NCBI GenBank assembly: GCA_047495785.1
Contig: JBLDXI010000024.1
Location: forward strand, 1,798,001 to 1,862,000
DNA: 64,000 bases
Direction of reading: 5' to 3'
Source: Lepidodermella squamata
Taxonomy: Eukaryota > Animalia > Gastrotricha
The notes beneath the pieces are model-generated. The model was not told the origin of the DNA, made no database searches, and was given only the letters and a program-made list of their open reading frames with translations. Made by a program: the position numbers and the translations under genes. This document shows, piece by piece, positions 35,473-46,277 of this stretch; the stretch's first letter is position 1; each line of letters opens with the position of its first letter.

Positions 35473-36690
35473 ATGTGGTGTGGTACTGACCGGAACAAGT
35501 GTCCGGTCCATTGCAACGACGCTTCTATGGCGGCTCGCGAAATTGCTTCGAAATGCATGGAAAAAGCATTAGTCGCCCTCAACTGTGACTTCAGATATTG
35601 TACCGACAAGAAAAAGGAATCCAACTCGTTCGAATTTCTACCAATACTGTACCTGGCACCTCATCCTGATTGCTTTCAAACCCGCCCTGATGTTGCTATC
35701 GATCGAATCAGGGCGCAGTTTGTGCAAGAATGCATTGAAGTCTACAGAAATAGCCTGAAATTCGATGATTTTCAAATTATTGATGGCTTGATAATTTTCA
35801 ACGCTGGACTCATTTACGACGTTGAGGCCTTGAAGCTGGTTGCCGATAGAGTCAAGAATCTCCCGCCCTGCATTGGCGCTCATCTTGTTATGAAGCTATT
35901 TTCTGACTGTGATGATTTCGACGAAAATACAGTCGCGAATTGCTTCAAGTTGCTGCTTAAAATGGGTGCTATGAATAACTGGCAACCGGCTCAGGACCCG
36001 ATAAGATTTAGGCGGAAAGACAATTTACCGCGATTTAAATGTCTCATGGCGACGTTATTTTCGCATCTTAACGAGAATCCCGGATCACCAATTTTCCGGT
36101 TGCGCGATGGTTCGAATCTTAACACAGATTATATCATACCTGATCTTGCGATGATCGACCCAGAAATTGCTGCTGGTTATATTGACCACGTTCTTTTACC
36201 GAATAAGAACGGTTGCAGCATCAATTGTAACCTTAACGCGGCGGTCTGTTGCTCCATGTCAAGATTTGTCGAGAATGTAAAATTTCTAATCCTACCTCTT
36301 TTACGAACTGGCTGCCGCTGGAATGACTGGGATGCATTCATGTCCACTATTGACATACATTTTCGAACTTATGGTGGAGAGCACGCAAAATTAGCATTTC
36401 GAATCGTATTTGAGGCCAGAGGTAATAGTGATAAGTCAGTTGAAACACTCAGGTCGACGAAATTAGTAATAGCTGACGATCCGACATTGCGCAAGTCCCA
36501 GTTAGCCGAGTTCGCTGCTCAGTCGTTACCGGTTTCGCTGCAGTCGTTTTGCCGGCACGTGATTCTGCGGGCTCTACCTTTAGGTAACTACCGACGACAG
36601 GCTGCGATTGCTAGTTTTGGCCTACCAAAGTGTTTGAATGATTTTCTGATGTTCAGTGATATTGAATCTGAAGTCGACTCAATGCGATGA
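35473..36690 (+). CDS. SOCS-box family copy 8 (B)
   Basis: MWCGTDRNKCPVHC..., ILPLLRTGCR, LPVSLQSFCRHVILRALPLG..FGLPKCLNDFLMF. Confidence 0.8.
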   Translation: MWCGTDRNKCPVHCNDASMAAREIASKCMEKALVALNCDFRYCTDKKKESNSFEFLPILYLAPHPDCFQTRPDVAIDRIRAQFVQECIEVYRNSLKFDDFQIIDGLIIFNAGLIYDVEALKLVADRVKNLPPCIGAHLVMKLFSDCDDFDENTVANCFKLLLKMGAMNNWQPAQDPIRFRRKDNLPRFKCLMATLFSHLNENPGSPIFRLRDGSNLNTDYIIPDLAMIDPEIAAGYIDHVLLPNKNGCSINCNLNAAVCCSMSRFVENVKFLILPLLRTGCRWNDWDAFMSTIDIHFRTYGGEHAKLAFRIVFEARGNSDKSVETLRSTKLVIADDPTLRKSQLAEFAAQSLPVSLQSFCRHVILRALPLGNYRRQAAIASFGLPKCLNDFLMFSDIESEVDSMR

Positions 36691-36848
36691 ATTTTTCAGG
36701 ATTTTATTAACGCTAAAAATGACCCTCAGTAGCTTTATTTCTTTGTACGAGGCCACCAAATCATCTTCATTCATTATTTGGAACCCCCAAGTGCCTAGAT
36801 CTTACAATCCTTGTTTTATGCTTCCCTTATTAGAGTTCTTGCTGATTA

Positions 36849-39800
36849 ATGAACGTCGATGGCGATTACAAGACCTGCGACGACTGCCATTTATCGCCTT
36901 TGACGCTGCTCGAACGTCTGCAGGCTGTTGTTGCCGGCCATAAAGAGTTCGCTGGAATCCGAATCTTCTTATCGGACAACTTCAACTCCGTGTTAACGTT
37001 GGACTACGAACCAGGCAGCGTGTTGAGCGGACTTCTATGTCAGGAGAGCATTTTCTTCTCCGGTCCTTTCTATAATGAAGATGAGAAGAAGTCGTTCGTA
37101 GATTCGGTTTTTAGCGAATTCAAAGCTAAAAGTGATCTAAATCCAGCTTTTATCATTGAAGATGCCATTCTACTACATCGCGCAATTAATCAGAATGAAT
37201 TAAGTGTTATTAAACAGATAATCAGCAAACAATCAACACCTAGCTGCTGCATTCAAGCGTGTCTTAATCGATGCATTGACCGGTACTCTGAGGATGCTGT
37301 CGAAATGTTGTTGCAGAACGGTGCCTCAGCCACGAAAAGCCTCCGGAAAGGCCACCCGTACACGAGGCCCATTCAAGTTTGCACGCGAAAATTTGTTGAG
37401 GTTTGTGAATTTCAAGTTAATTTCAACTTTTTCTCAAAATGTGACAAAATTGTCTCCCAACTTCTCTACACGATATCCGTCATTCTGAGGTATTCGTCGA
37501 ACAGTTTTCACCAATCGACTCGGGATATCATGGCCAACAACCCTATGTACTCATCTCGAAATGTGAACAAATTCGCCAAGGAACACTTTTCACCAGTGTC
37601 GGAAGTAGGCTTTCTATTCACCTAGGGATGAAGAAAATAATTGAAAAAAATCCGCTCGCTCGCCATTGTTTGTATTATTCAATTTTAAATTTATCATCAA
37701 TAAACTCAACACGTGTTTCAACTATCATCCTTTTATTATCCGTGCATAATTTTCAAAATTTCAAAATTCACCGAGCTGTCACCAAACCATGTCCGCTTTT
37801 TCGAGCTCCATTTCGGAATATACTGGAACATCGAGCCACTTTTGAGACCGGGCAGAACGGCGATTGTTTGACAACCAAGATTTTAGGTACTTCGCGGTAT
37901 GAAACTTGGTCAGTGGCGGACCATTGATTTTGAGGAACATCAGAGCTGGAATAATAATTTTTAGCACAATTGACTTTTCTAAAAATAAATTTCTACCATA
38001 CCTGCGACAGTTTTTGCCTCAAGATGATTTCTCTCAGGAGACCAAATTTGATTGAATACAGAAAACCCTCGCTCTGCCTCAGCGCTAGAAACCGCCACGG
38101 TAGATGATTTTTCTAGGATTTTAACCAGCTGGCCTGACAGAGCTTGCCCAAGTTTCGCTTTTCTGAAGTCGAGTACGGCCTGATGACAGTCGTCATCTGA
38201 TAGCTGAACGAGCTGGCCCAAAGCCAGCAACTCGCCGTGACGGAGCCGATCAACGCCGCTTTCAACTGGCCTTTGATCTGCAGGTAAACGACTAGCGTAT
38301 TTCAAAAGCTTGTCGCTCGTATCGAATCGTTGACTCAGCTTGTCGAGAAGCGAATCGATCAGCTTGCACTTTGATTTTTCAAAGGCGGCCTTGGCATCGG
38401 CACTGTTGTTTGAAATCGGAATATCCTTAAAAGTGCCATCATCTTGCTCTTGATCTAATAGCTTTTGCAGCGATTCGCCGGGTTTCGACTTGAAAGAGGT
38501 GATGATTAAACAAGCAGCATCGATAGCCGGCCATACGTTCATCGGCGAAGCCTCGACCGCTTGAAAGGCTTTTGATAATAACATCAGTTCACGTAGACAA
38601 TCGTGAACTAGGCAAAGCTCGGTCAGGGTGCTGAAACTCGTAATATTAGCTAAAATCTGCTTAATTTCGCCATCCTTTTCAGCATCTTTCTTGGCTTTTC
38701 TACCCGCCTTTGGTTTCTAGCAATCAAAGTAAACGTACAGCGCAGAAATGTTGTTTAACAGGGAAGATAACGCGTTGAATGACGAAAACGCCCAGCGAAC
38801 ATCAAAAAATTTGCCGATTGATTTGATGACTACCCCAAGTGGTTCTGCAACTTTCTTCAAATCGCGTAAACGCGTAAACACCTCGACGCACAGATTTTCA
38901 TCGAGCACATCGCCTATCGCCTAATTTTCATCCCGACATGCCTCGGAGGCTAGGATGGATCCCTACCATCCCTAGCGTACTTCCGACACTGCTTTTCACT
39001 TTGCAGCGGTAAATTCATTCTAAAATTATGGAACTTATCAGTCACGAGAAGTTAAAACATAAGGGGCTACAACCCTGGCGGTTACGCAATTCTGCTTAAC
39101 AGCCAGGGTTGCCTCTTTTATCGGCTCAAGAATAGCTCAACGAGGTTATTCATCTTGCTCCGTTCGATTAAGGTTGGGTCAAGCTCGGTTCCTTTCACCG
39201 ACTTCATTCCGTTTTCCAACACCTGTGCATCGACTTTCAACAAAACTTGAAAAGTCTCTTTGGCTATTCCAGCTTGGCCTTCGGAAGTTAAACATTTTTA
39301 TGTCGCCTTGCTTGAAAGTATCTTTGCAAAGTTCAGTCAGATTATGCACCGCTGCGGTGAAGGAGTCAATTGCACAAGTATTTACCCGAAGTTTTTTGCT
39401 GGTGTGATCCATTCATTGTGAGCTTTTAGTGAGCTTATAAGCTTACAGAGACTGGAAATTGGGCGTTTTCAGTAAGTTTGCTTGGTTGACGTTTTCAAAA
39501 TCAGGCAGGTCACTATCGCAGTGTCCTCAAACTCTTTGTCGAATACATATCCTCTTGCTAGGTGAGCCTCATCCGAAGTAAATCCGTAGACTACTCCAAG
39601 TAACACCACTTGTCACCTCGTGTGAAGTTTGCGCCGTTACCGTTATTATGCTCCTTGAGACGCTTCTCCGCTGAACGTTGTGTTTGTCCAATGTACGAAG
39701 CATACGGCTGCGTTTCTGATATCAGTTGGTAAACGATACCCCAGTCAACGATCGGCTCGATAGAATTTGTCACATAGAAGACTGGGTCGGTGATGTTGAC

Positions 39801-42800
39801 CTTAGGCTGCCGGACGGGGAGAATGTTGAGTTGAGCCAATCGAGACACGATGGCACGATCATACGAATTGTCTTTAGTCAAGATGGACTCGATAGCATTG
39901 ACCGTAGCTTGTAGACTCGATGTAACAAACCCGACCTGTAGTGATGAAGAGTTGGAAAGGAAGTTGGCCCAAATAAGATAACAGAACAGTAAATAACAAG
40001 CCCCTTGCTACTTCTCCTGTGGCAGTCTAATATTGAGATACGATAAGTGTGTACAAGAGTCGATCACGCAAGTATTTATTAAAGGTTTTTGCTGGTATGA
40101 TTTTCCGCCATTTCGCAGGAAACACTTTTTAGGACGTCGAATTGGACTACCTGTTTCACCAACAAGGCCATACGAATGGTCTGGCGTTACGTTCAATGAA
40201 GAAGCAGCCGTTGTCACTTCGGGAATGTTGAAGCATGCATTGACAAACTTTCGTGTTTTCGTTTAGCAGTGTCCTCAAACTCTTTATCGCGAAACTGCGA
40301 GTAGGGTGACTCATAAAGCAGCTTCAGGCAAAGGCGAGAACAAAGGTAGAACTATGACTGAATAGCCGGCTCCGATGGCACAAGCTTGAAAGGTCGCCGC
40401 GCAATCTCCGCAATCTCCATATAGCAAGGCATATTGCAAGGCCCACCCTTTTATTCTTACAACTCTTGCCATAGATTCAAGCTTTATGAAATGAAAAATG
40501 AAGAACTATTTGCTGGCATTTGCACGCCTAGAGGACCTTAGAATTTGCGACTCGGCCTTCGAGTTCCCGAGCGTAACAGGGTTTGACCGTTTTGCAATTG
40601 TCGATTTCGGCAATGGCATAACGTTAGGAACTGGAGTGCATGGAGTGCACCCTATGCAACATACTCTTGCCGATCTCTCACGTATTAAGGAGACGTCAAC
40701 AACCGTAGAAGCAAAAAGAAGCCAAGAATTAGCCCAGAATGCCGGGGGAACCCCCGTACTGTCGCCATTCGTGTCGTGGACATCTTTGTTTCTTTGTTTG
40801 TTTGTTTGTATGCACCAATGTGTGTGCGAGGCTTGACTACACGCCTACATAACGCAATGTGCATACCATGACTACCCTCCTACATCACTCCACAGCCAAA
40901 AAAGAAGTCATTCCAACCACTAGCCACTGGAACCTTAATACAGTAATAATGTATTACAGTTTTGCAGTTTTACAGTAGCAGAAGTGGTGCAGGACAGCTC
41001 GTTGAGAACCCATGTGTTTTACTGCAGCTTTTCTTGCCGCTTGTCGAATTTTTACGAAGTCTTACAAACGTTTGCCGTGAAAGCCTCGTAAAACTGCGGC
41101 AAAATTAGCATTAAATACGTGCGGGGCAGTAGCTCGTTCAAAAACCGTATGCTTCGATTCTCCGGAGTCAACGATTTCCACTTTCATTGCTCTGAGGCAA
41201 CCATGGCGTTGCCAGGAGACGTTTCTGCATCAAACTCGGTCCCAACCAATTAGGCTTTAACGGTGTTTTCCTCGACAGTCGTGGCCGAAATCAGACGCGT
41301 GGAAGTCGGCTTGTTGCGTTGCTGCTGCCGTTTCTGATGGTTGTCTCTCAGAGCAACGGAAGTCGAAATCGTTGACTCCGGAGAATCGAAGCATACGGTT
41401 TTTGAACGAGCTACTGCCCCGCACGTATTTAATGCTAATTTTGCCGCAGTTTTACGAGGCTTTCACGGCGAACGTTCACGGCAAACGTTTCTAAGACTTC
41501 GTAAAAATGTCTCCATCTCTAGTGGACGATCAACAAGTGTCCGAATCGATGTCTAAGTAGTCTTAGATCCGAGTCTAATGAATTGCAATTTTCCCATAGA
41601 CGAAAAGCAGGAATAGCTGAATCCTGTTTGTCAAGAAATCCCTTCAGGTCTCTGAAACTATTACGGAGCAACAACGAAAGCTGCGAATAGAGCTCTAGTT
41701 TATCAGCGTCTGAATCAAAGGAACGATAATCTGGAAGTCGAGGGCCGTAAATCTTAGCGACATGTATTTCTCGCCGCATTCTCAAATCAATTACGTCCTT
41801 GTAGATGTAAGAACTCAATGACATTTTTTGATACGCTCAAATCGACGAACGAATTCGGTCCGATAGGGCCCTGTATGGAGAAAAACGAGAGTGTATTATC
41901 GTTGACTCGTTGTATCGTCGACACACGGTTTGCGCACACGGTTTCTGAACGAGCTGCCCCGCGCAACTTCACTGCCTATGATCTCAACGAGGGTGTTGCG
42001 GCGACTTGAGCTCTTTTTCACCGCATATTTGCCGGCTATTACCGAGCATTTCCCGTGCTCTCATATAAAAACCAAATCTGCCGTGATTTTCATTTGTCGA
42101 TTTTACGATGTTGCTAAAAACACATTACTAGGTACTAGGTGATCGGAAGCATCTGATACTTTCCGTCTCGTCTTTCAGTCTGACAATGGGGCGAAAGTTT
42201 TATACTTGTTTTAGACGCCGCTGTTGGTTTGAGAAATAATGCTAGTTTTGGGCTGACTTCCATGCATCAAGTGCATCGACGAAGTCTCATTTTTGGACCC
42301 GGGACCGAAATACGGACCCTTCTCCTCTCGGCGACGGCGCCATAGTTGTCGACTCGTCAAGCTGCTTGTCGACTACAGCCTATTAACTATTAACGGAATT
42401 TACGGAAAGGTGTACAATGGGTTCCCCCGGCGCTACTGCAGCAGCTACGCTGCTGCTGTTGCCAATGATTAGAACGACAAAATGTTTAATTTGTCTTCGA
42501 AAATTTGTGAGAGGATGTCGAAAATTTATTGTTTATTCTCTTTTTAGTCGTTCCCGCACATGGCTCGCGGTCATTTTCTTCTCGATTTTGTCAGCTTGTT
42601 GCAAAGTTTGAGCAATATCATGAGGAAACTGCTTTCTCAGGCTGACGAGAACAACACTGGCTGTTCACCTTTCAAGCCGACGCCCGATTTCGATGACGAC
42701 TTTCGCGTCATTTACGACATTCACGTCATTGCCTTCTATGACGCCGAGTTGGCCCAACTTTTGATCGAAAAATGCAGTGCTTATTTTGCGATTCAGTCCG

Positions 42801-43297
42801 AATTGGACAGCCCGCTGTGTCATTTGCTGAAAGTTGTCGGTAACCGACAGGAAAACGATTTTATCCTCCGGACGATCACTATAATATTTGCGAACGCCGT
42901 TGTACCGCTAATTCGAGCTGGCTCAAGATTGAAACAAAGCGAAGCATTCTCCGACGGATTCTCGCTGAAATGCGGAAATCTGCTACATTTCATCTTGGAC
43001 CAAAGCCCAAAGCATGCAGACATCATCCTGGAATCTATTATCGAGTCTCGAAGCTATACTCCCGAAGGATTGAATGTTGCAAAGCTGATGGATGAAAATC
43101 TCGCTCATCATGATGCTGAGGTTTCCATGTTCCTGAAGAAGTTCCCCCGTCCGCTTCAGAAATTGGCAAGGGGCGCGATTTTAAGCCGGCTGCCGTATGG
43201 GGTGAAGAGGCGCCATGATGCCATTTCTACGTTGAATATACCACCATGTTTGATGGAGCATTTGATGTTTTGTGAGCTCGGCTCTTTACATGAATAA
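36849..43297 (+). CDS. SOCS-box family copy 9 (A), two exons 36849-37400 and 42548-43297 around a 5.15 kb phase-0 intron
   Basis: GAG|GTTTGT...TCTTTTTAG|TCG joins in frame to a 433 aa protein collinear with the intronless paralogues; SOCS box FPRPLQKLARGAIL..LNIPPCLMEHL. Confidence 0.7.
37594..38991 (-). mobile_element. Internally deleted hAT transposon
   Basis: TIR CAGTGTCGGAAGTA / TACTTCCGACACTG, 8 bp TSD CTTTTCAC; DVRWAFSS and hAT dimerisation motif VAVSSAEAERGFSVFNQIWSPERNHL. Confidence 0.92.
39540..39881 (-). pseudogene. GIY-YIG endonuclease fragment
   Basis: GIVYQLIS...SYIGQTQRSAEKRLKEHNNGNGANFTRGDKW, continuing out of frame as VVYGFTS. Confidence 0.65.
41049..41508. repeat. Inverted repeat, ~155-170 bp arms with ~130 bp spacer
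   Basis: 41049-41204 is near-identical to the reverse complement of 41337-41508. Confidence 0.85.
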
Positions 43298-43556
43298 GCG
43301 TTGAATTGTTTTCATCTTTTTTTGATATACATTTGTTCTTCTCCGCTGGTTTTGATACTAATTGCTACTGCTCTGAAATTCGACTTTTATTCTCCACCGT
43401 TTGAATGCAGAAAACGCATAAGAACTGTCCAAAGTAAAACTGCTAAATATTGGTTTCACGTTGGATAATTTATCCCCTCTCTTGAATATTTTTCACGATA
43501 TTTATTAACGACTATTAGATTTTTACATCGCATCTGGATTTTGGCACGTGTGAAAA

Positions 43557-44718
43557 ATGTGTAGGGACAATTGCATCGTTTTCGACGAATATTTTCAAGC
43601 AAGGCTCCGTATTATTGCAGCTAAATGTCGAGAAAAAGCGGAAAATGCTGCCCTGGTTGGATGGAGGCGAATCGTTGGCTGGAGGTGGTTGGTTAAATGG
43701 ATTTGTTGGAAAAAACGACCGGTTTCATACCGACGTGTTCATACCGACCGGTTTATTTATCTACCGGTGACAGATTTTTGGGCATCGCTGATGTACATTA
43801 ATGAAGCTAAACCCTCGAAAGAATTGCGTCAACGATTTATCAAAGTTTTAACTGAAAAATACTTTACCGTTGCGAGAAATTATGATGAGTTGTTTGAGGC
43901 TGGCACTTTGCTAGTATACAATGCAGGGCTCATTTTCGACGACGCGACGTTAGCCTTAGTCTCGGATAAACTAGCCGGATTTCTACCAGAATGTATGGGA
44001 GAAGTCTTGCTGGGCAAGATTTTCCGCGCGCCCTATGATGAGGACATTGAATGCCTATTATCATGCTTGAAATCGCTGTTGAAACTGGGAACTTTAAAAA
44101 GTTGGCTTCAACCATTCTTTCATCTTCGCGTGCATTTGGAAAATGAAGAAAAGTCAACTCGAGCCGGAAGACTGTCACAAGTTATGTTCGAACATCTGAA
44201 TTCGGACCCGCAGATTTCTTTGATTCTTCTTTCGTGGACTCCTACTTCTGTCCAACGAACAGACTCAGAATTAGTTAAAGAACGACTGCAGAACATGCAA
44301 AAATGGAGAACGTTGCTCCCTGGACATTTTCACTGGAAAGCACTCCTAATTCCCAAGCAGGAATTACGAATGTAAAATTTGCGCTACCGTTATCACAATC
44401 CCGTCATTCGAATGGATAACTCGCTGCAACAAGAACCATCAACATGTGAAAACATGGTTGGTAAGAATGGCTTTTCCAATCCGCTCGGAGCGACCCTCGG
44501 GAAGTGCAAAATTCAAGTTTGATATTAGTTCGGATTCTCCGATTATCAATCGAGCTTTGGCCGATTTCAGAGACTATTTGCCGGGCTCTGTGCAGTCATT
44601 TGCGGTCGATTCTGTCAGTTTTCCTCTTGGTTGCTCTACCATCAAGTCTCGCCGAATTTTAGCTCCCCTGCGATCTTCAATACATGAGAGAACAGCTGTA
44701 AAGCCGATTACCCCCTGA
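43557..44718 (+). pseudogene. SOCS-box family copy 10 (B), decayed
   Basis: LLVYNAGLIFD..LPECMG..LKSLLKLGTLKSW aligns with copy 8; broken 3' half; degenerate LPGSVQSFA. Confidence 0.65.
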
Positions 44719-45005
44719 AGCACACGTGAAGCCCAAGCGTCCCCAAATGTCCATCTCTTAGGCCATTATTTTATTGAGTAGATTACTTTTGGAAAGTTCG
44801 AGTTGAAATCGCGCAGTTCTCTCAATTAGGATCGCACATGCTACACCACGCAGTCATCTATCGAAATTCGAAATTTCCTTAAAATTTAATCTGCTGGTGG
44901 ATTTATAATGCATATATTTGATATAAGTATAAAAAATCGCCGAAATATTTATTCTCGAATTCGTCTGTTTCGATAATCTAGATTTTTTCTTTTTCCAATA
45001 ATAAA

Positions 45006-46277
45006 ATGGTGTGTTCCGATGGAAATGATAACTGCGCTGTTCACAATTCTGATTTCGAACGGGAAGCTCGCCGAATCGCATTCGAGTGTTTCGAGAAAGC
45101 ATCTAAGCAGCTAGATGTCAAGATGAAAATATACGAATATGAATACCGGGGAAGCAACATTTTCGAGTTTTTGCCAGATCGTTACTTTTCCGGACATGCT
45201 CCCTACGGCAGCCCACCTGAAGATTATCCAGTCGAATCAATCCGGAAACTGATGGTTGAAATGTTACTTCGTTTATTCAGCGGAGATCCGCATACTGATT
45301 GCTTAAAACCCGTCGATATTTTACTGAGTTTCAATTCCTTGTTAACCCATGATTCTGTAGCTTTTGGTACTGTTACACGCCAAATCTTTTACGAATTCCC
45401 GTCATGCATCAATACGGCGTTTCTCATGGCTCTTTTCAGGAATTCTGGTGACAATGGTGTGTCTACTCACGCGTGTCTCTGCAGCTTACTCGAGAAGGGT
45501 GTTCTGAAGAATTGGTCCCTAAGTTGGAACCCAATTACAGCTCTTCTCTCCTACATCAAATCTGGCATTAATGTGGCGTGGACCAAAGAAATGTTGAAAG
45601 CAGTTTTCGACAATCTTGACCGCACTTCTGTCGTACTCAAGTTTAGAGAAAAGGATTACGCTTCGATGTGGAGTGACTTCGAAAACGGAACTTATGTTGA
45701 TCAAAGAATTTCCGACGGTTTGGTTGATAACGTTTTGTTATCGCCCGGATGTGGACCGTTTGCGCTAAGCATCCCAATAAAGCGCATGATTGAGAGCAAA
45801 ATCCACGACAGCCAAGATTTTGTGAAATATGTGAAAAATGTCATGCTACCGTTGATCCGAGCTGGTTTCCGTATCAAGTACTGGGATTTCGCCATAATGG
45901 CTGACCGTCATACTATTCCGGCTGCTCCTAGTGCGGCTTGGAAACAACGCCAGTGTTTTGCTCGCCGGCTCATCTATGAAGCTCGAAGCAATGAGGAAAC
46001 ACCGGTTAAAAAGGGTTTGGCACAGTGCTTTCGCAAGGAAGCTCAATGGGATGCAGAAACGGCGGTATTTGCTGAGCACTTGCGAGAAATCGTCGAATTT
46101 GTTGAGAATCCACCGATAACGCTTCAATCGCTAGCTCGCAGGGTTATTCTGTCGACATTGCCTCTCGGATTGACTAAGAGAAGAAAAGCGATTGTTAGCT
46201 TTTATCTACCGCAATGTGTTGCCGATTACTTGAATTTTATCGATTACGAACTGGGCGTTGAATTGCTTTGCGTGTGA
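45006..46277 (+). CDS. SOCS-box family copy 11 (B, divergent)
   Basis: MVCSDGNDNCAVH.., VMLPLIRAGFR, PITLQSLARRVILSTLPLGL..FYLPQCVADYLNF. Confidence 0.8.
   Translation: MVCSDGNDNCAVHNSDFEREARRIAFECFEKASKQLDVKMKIYEYEYRGSNIFEFLPDRYFSGHAPYGSPPEDYPVESIRKLMVEMLLRLFSGDPHTDCLKPVDILLSFNSLLTHDSVAFGTVTRQIFYEFPSCINTAFLMALFRNSGDNGVSTHACLCSLLEKGVLKNWSLSWNPITALLSYIKSGINVAWTKEMLKAVFDNLDRTSVVLKFREKDYASMWSDFENGTYVDQRISDGLVDNVLLSPGCGPFALSIPIKRMIESKIHDSQDFVKYVKNVMLPLIRAGFRIKYWDFAIMADRHTIPAAPSAAWKQRQCFARRLIYEARSNEETPVKKGLAQCFRKEAQWDAETAVFAEHLREIVEFVENPPITLQSLARRVILSTLPLGLTKRRKAIVSFYLPQCVADYLNFIDYELGVELLCV

Noticed and set aside
37623-38974. TAGGGATG...CATCCCTA as hAT termini
   Set aside because: No TSD; true ends are the outer CAGTGTCGGAAGTA pair with the CTTTTCAC TSD
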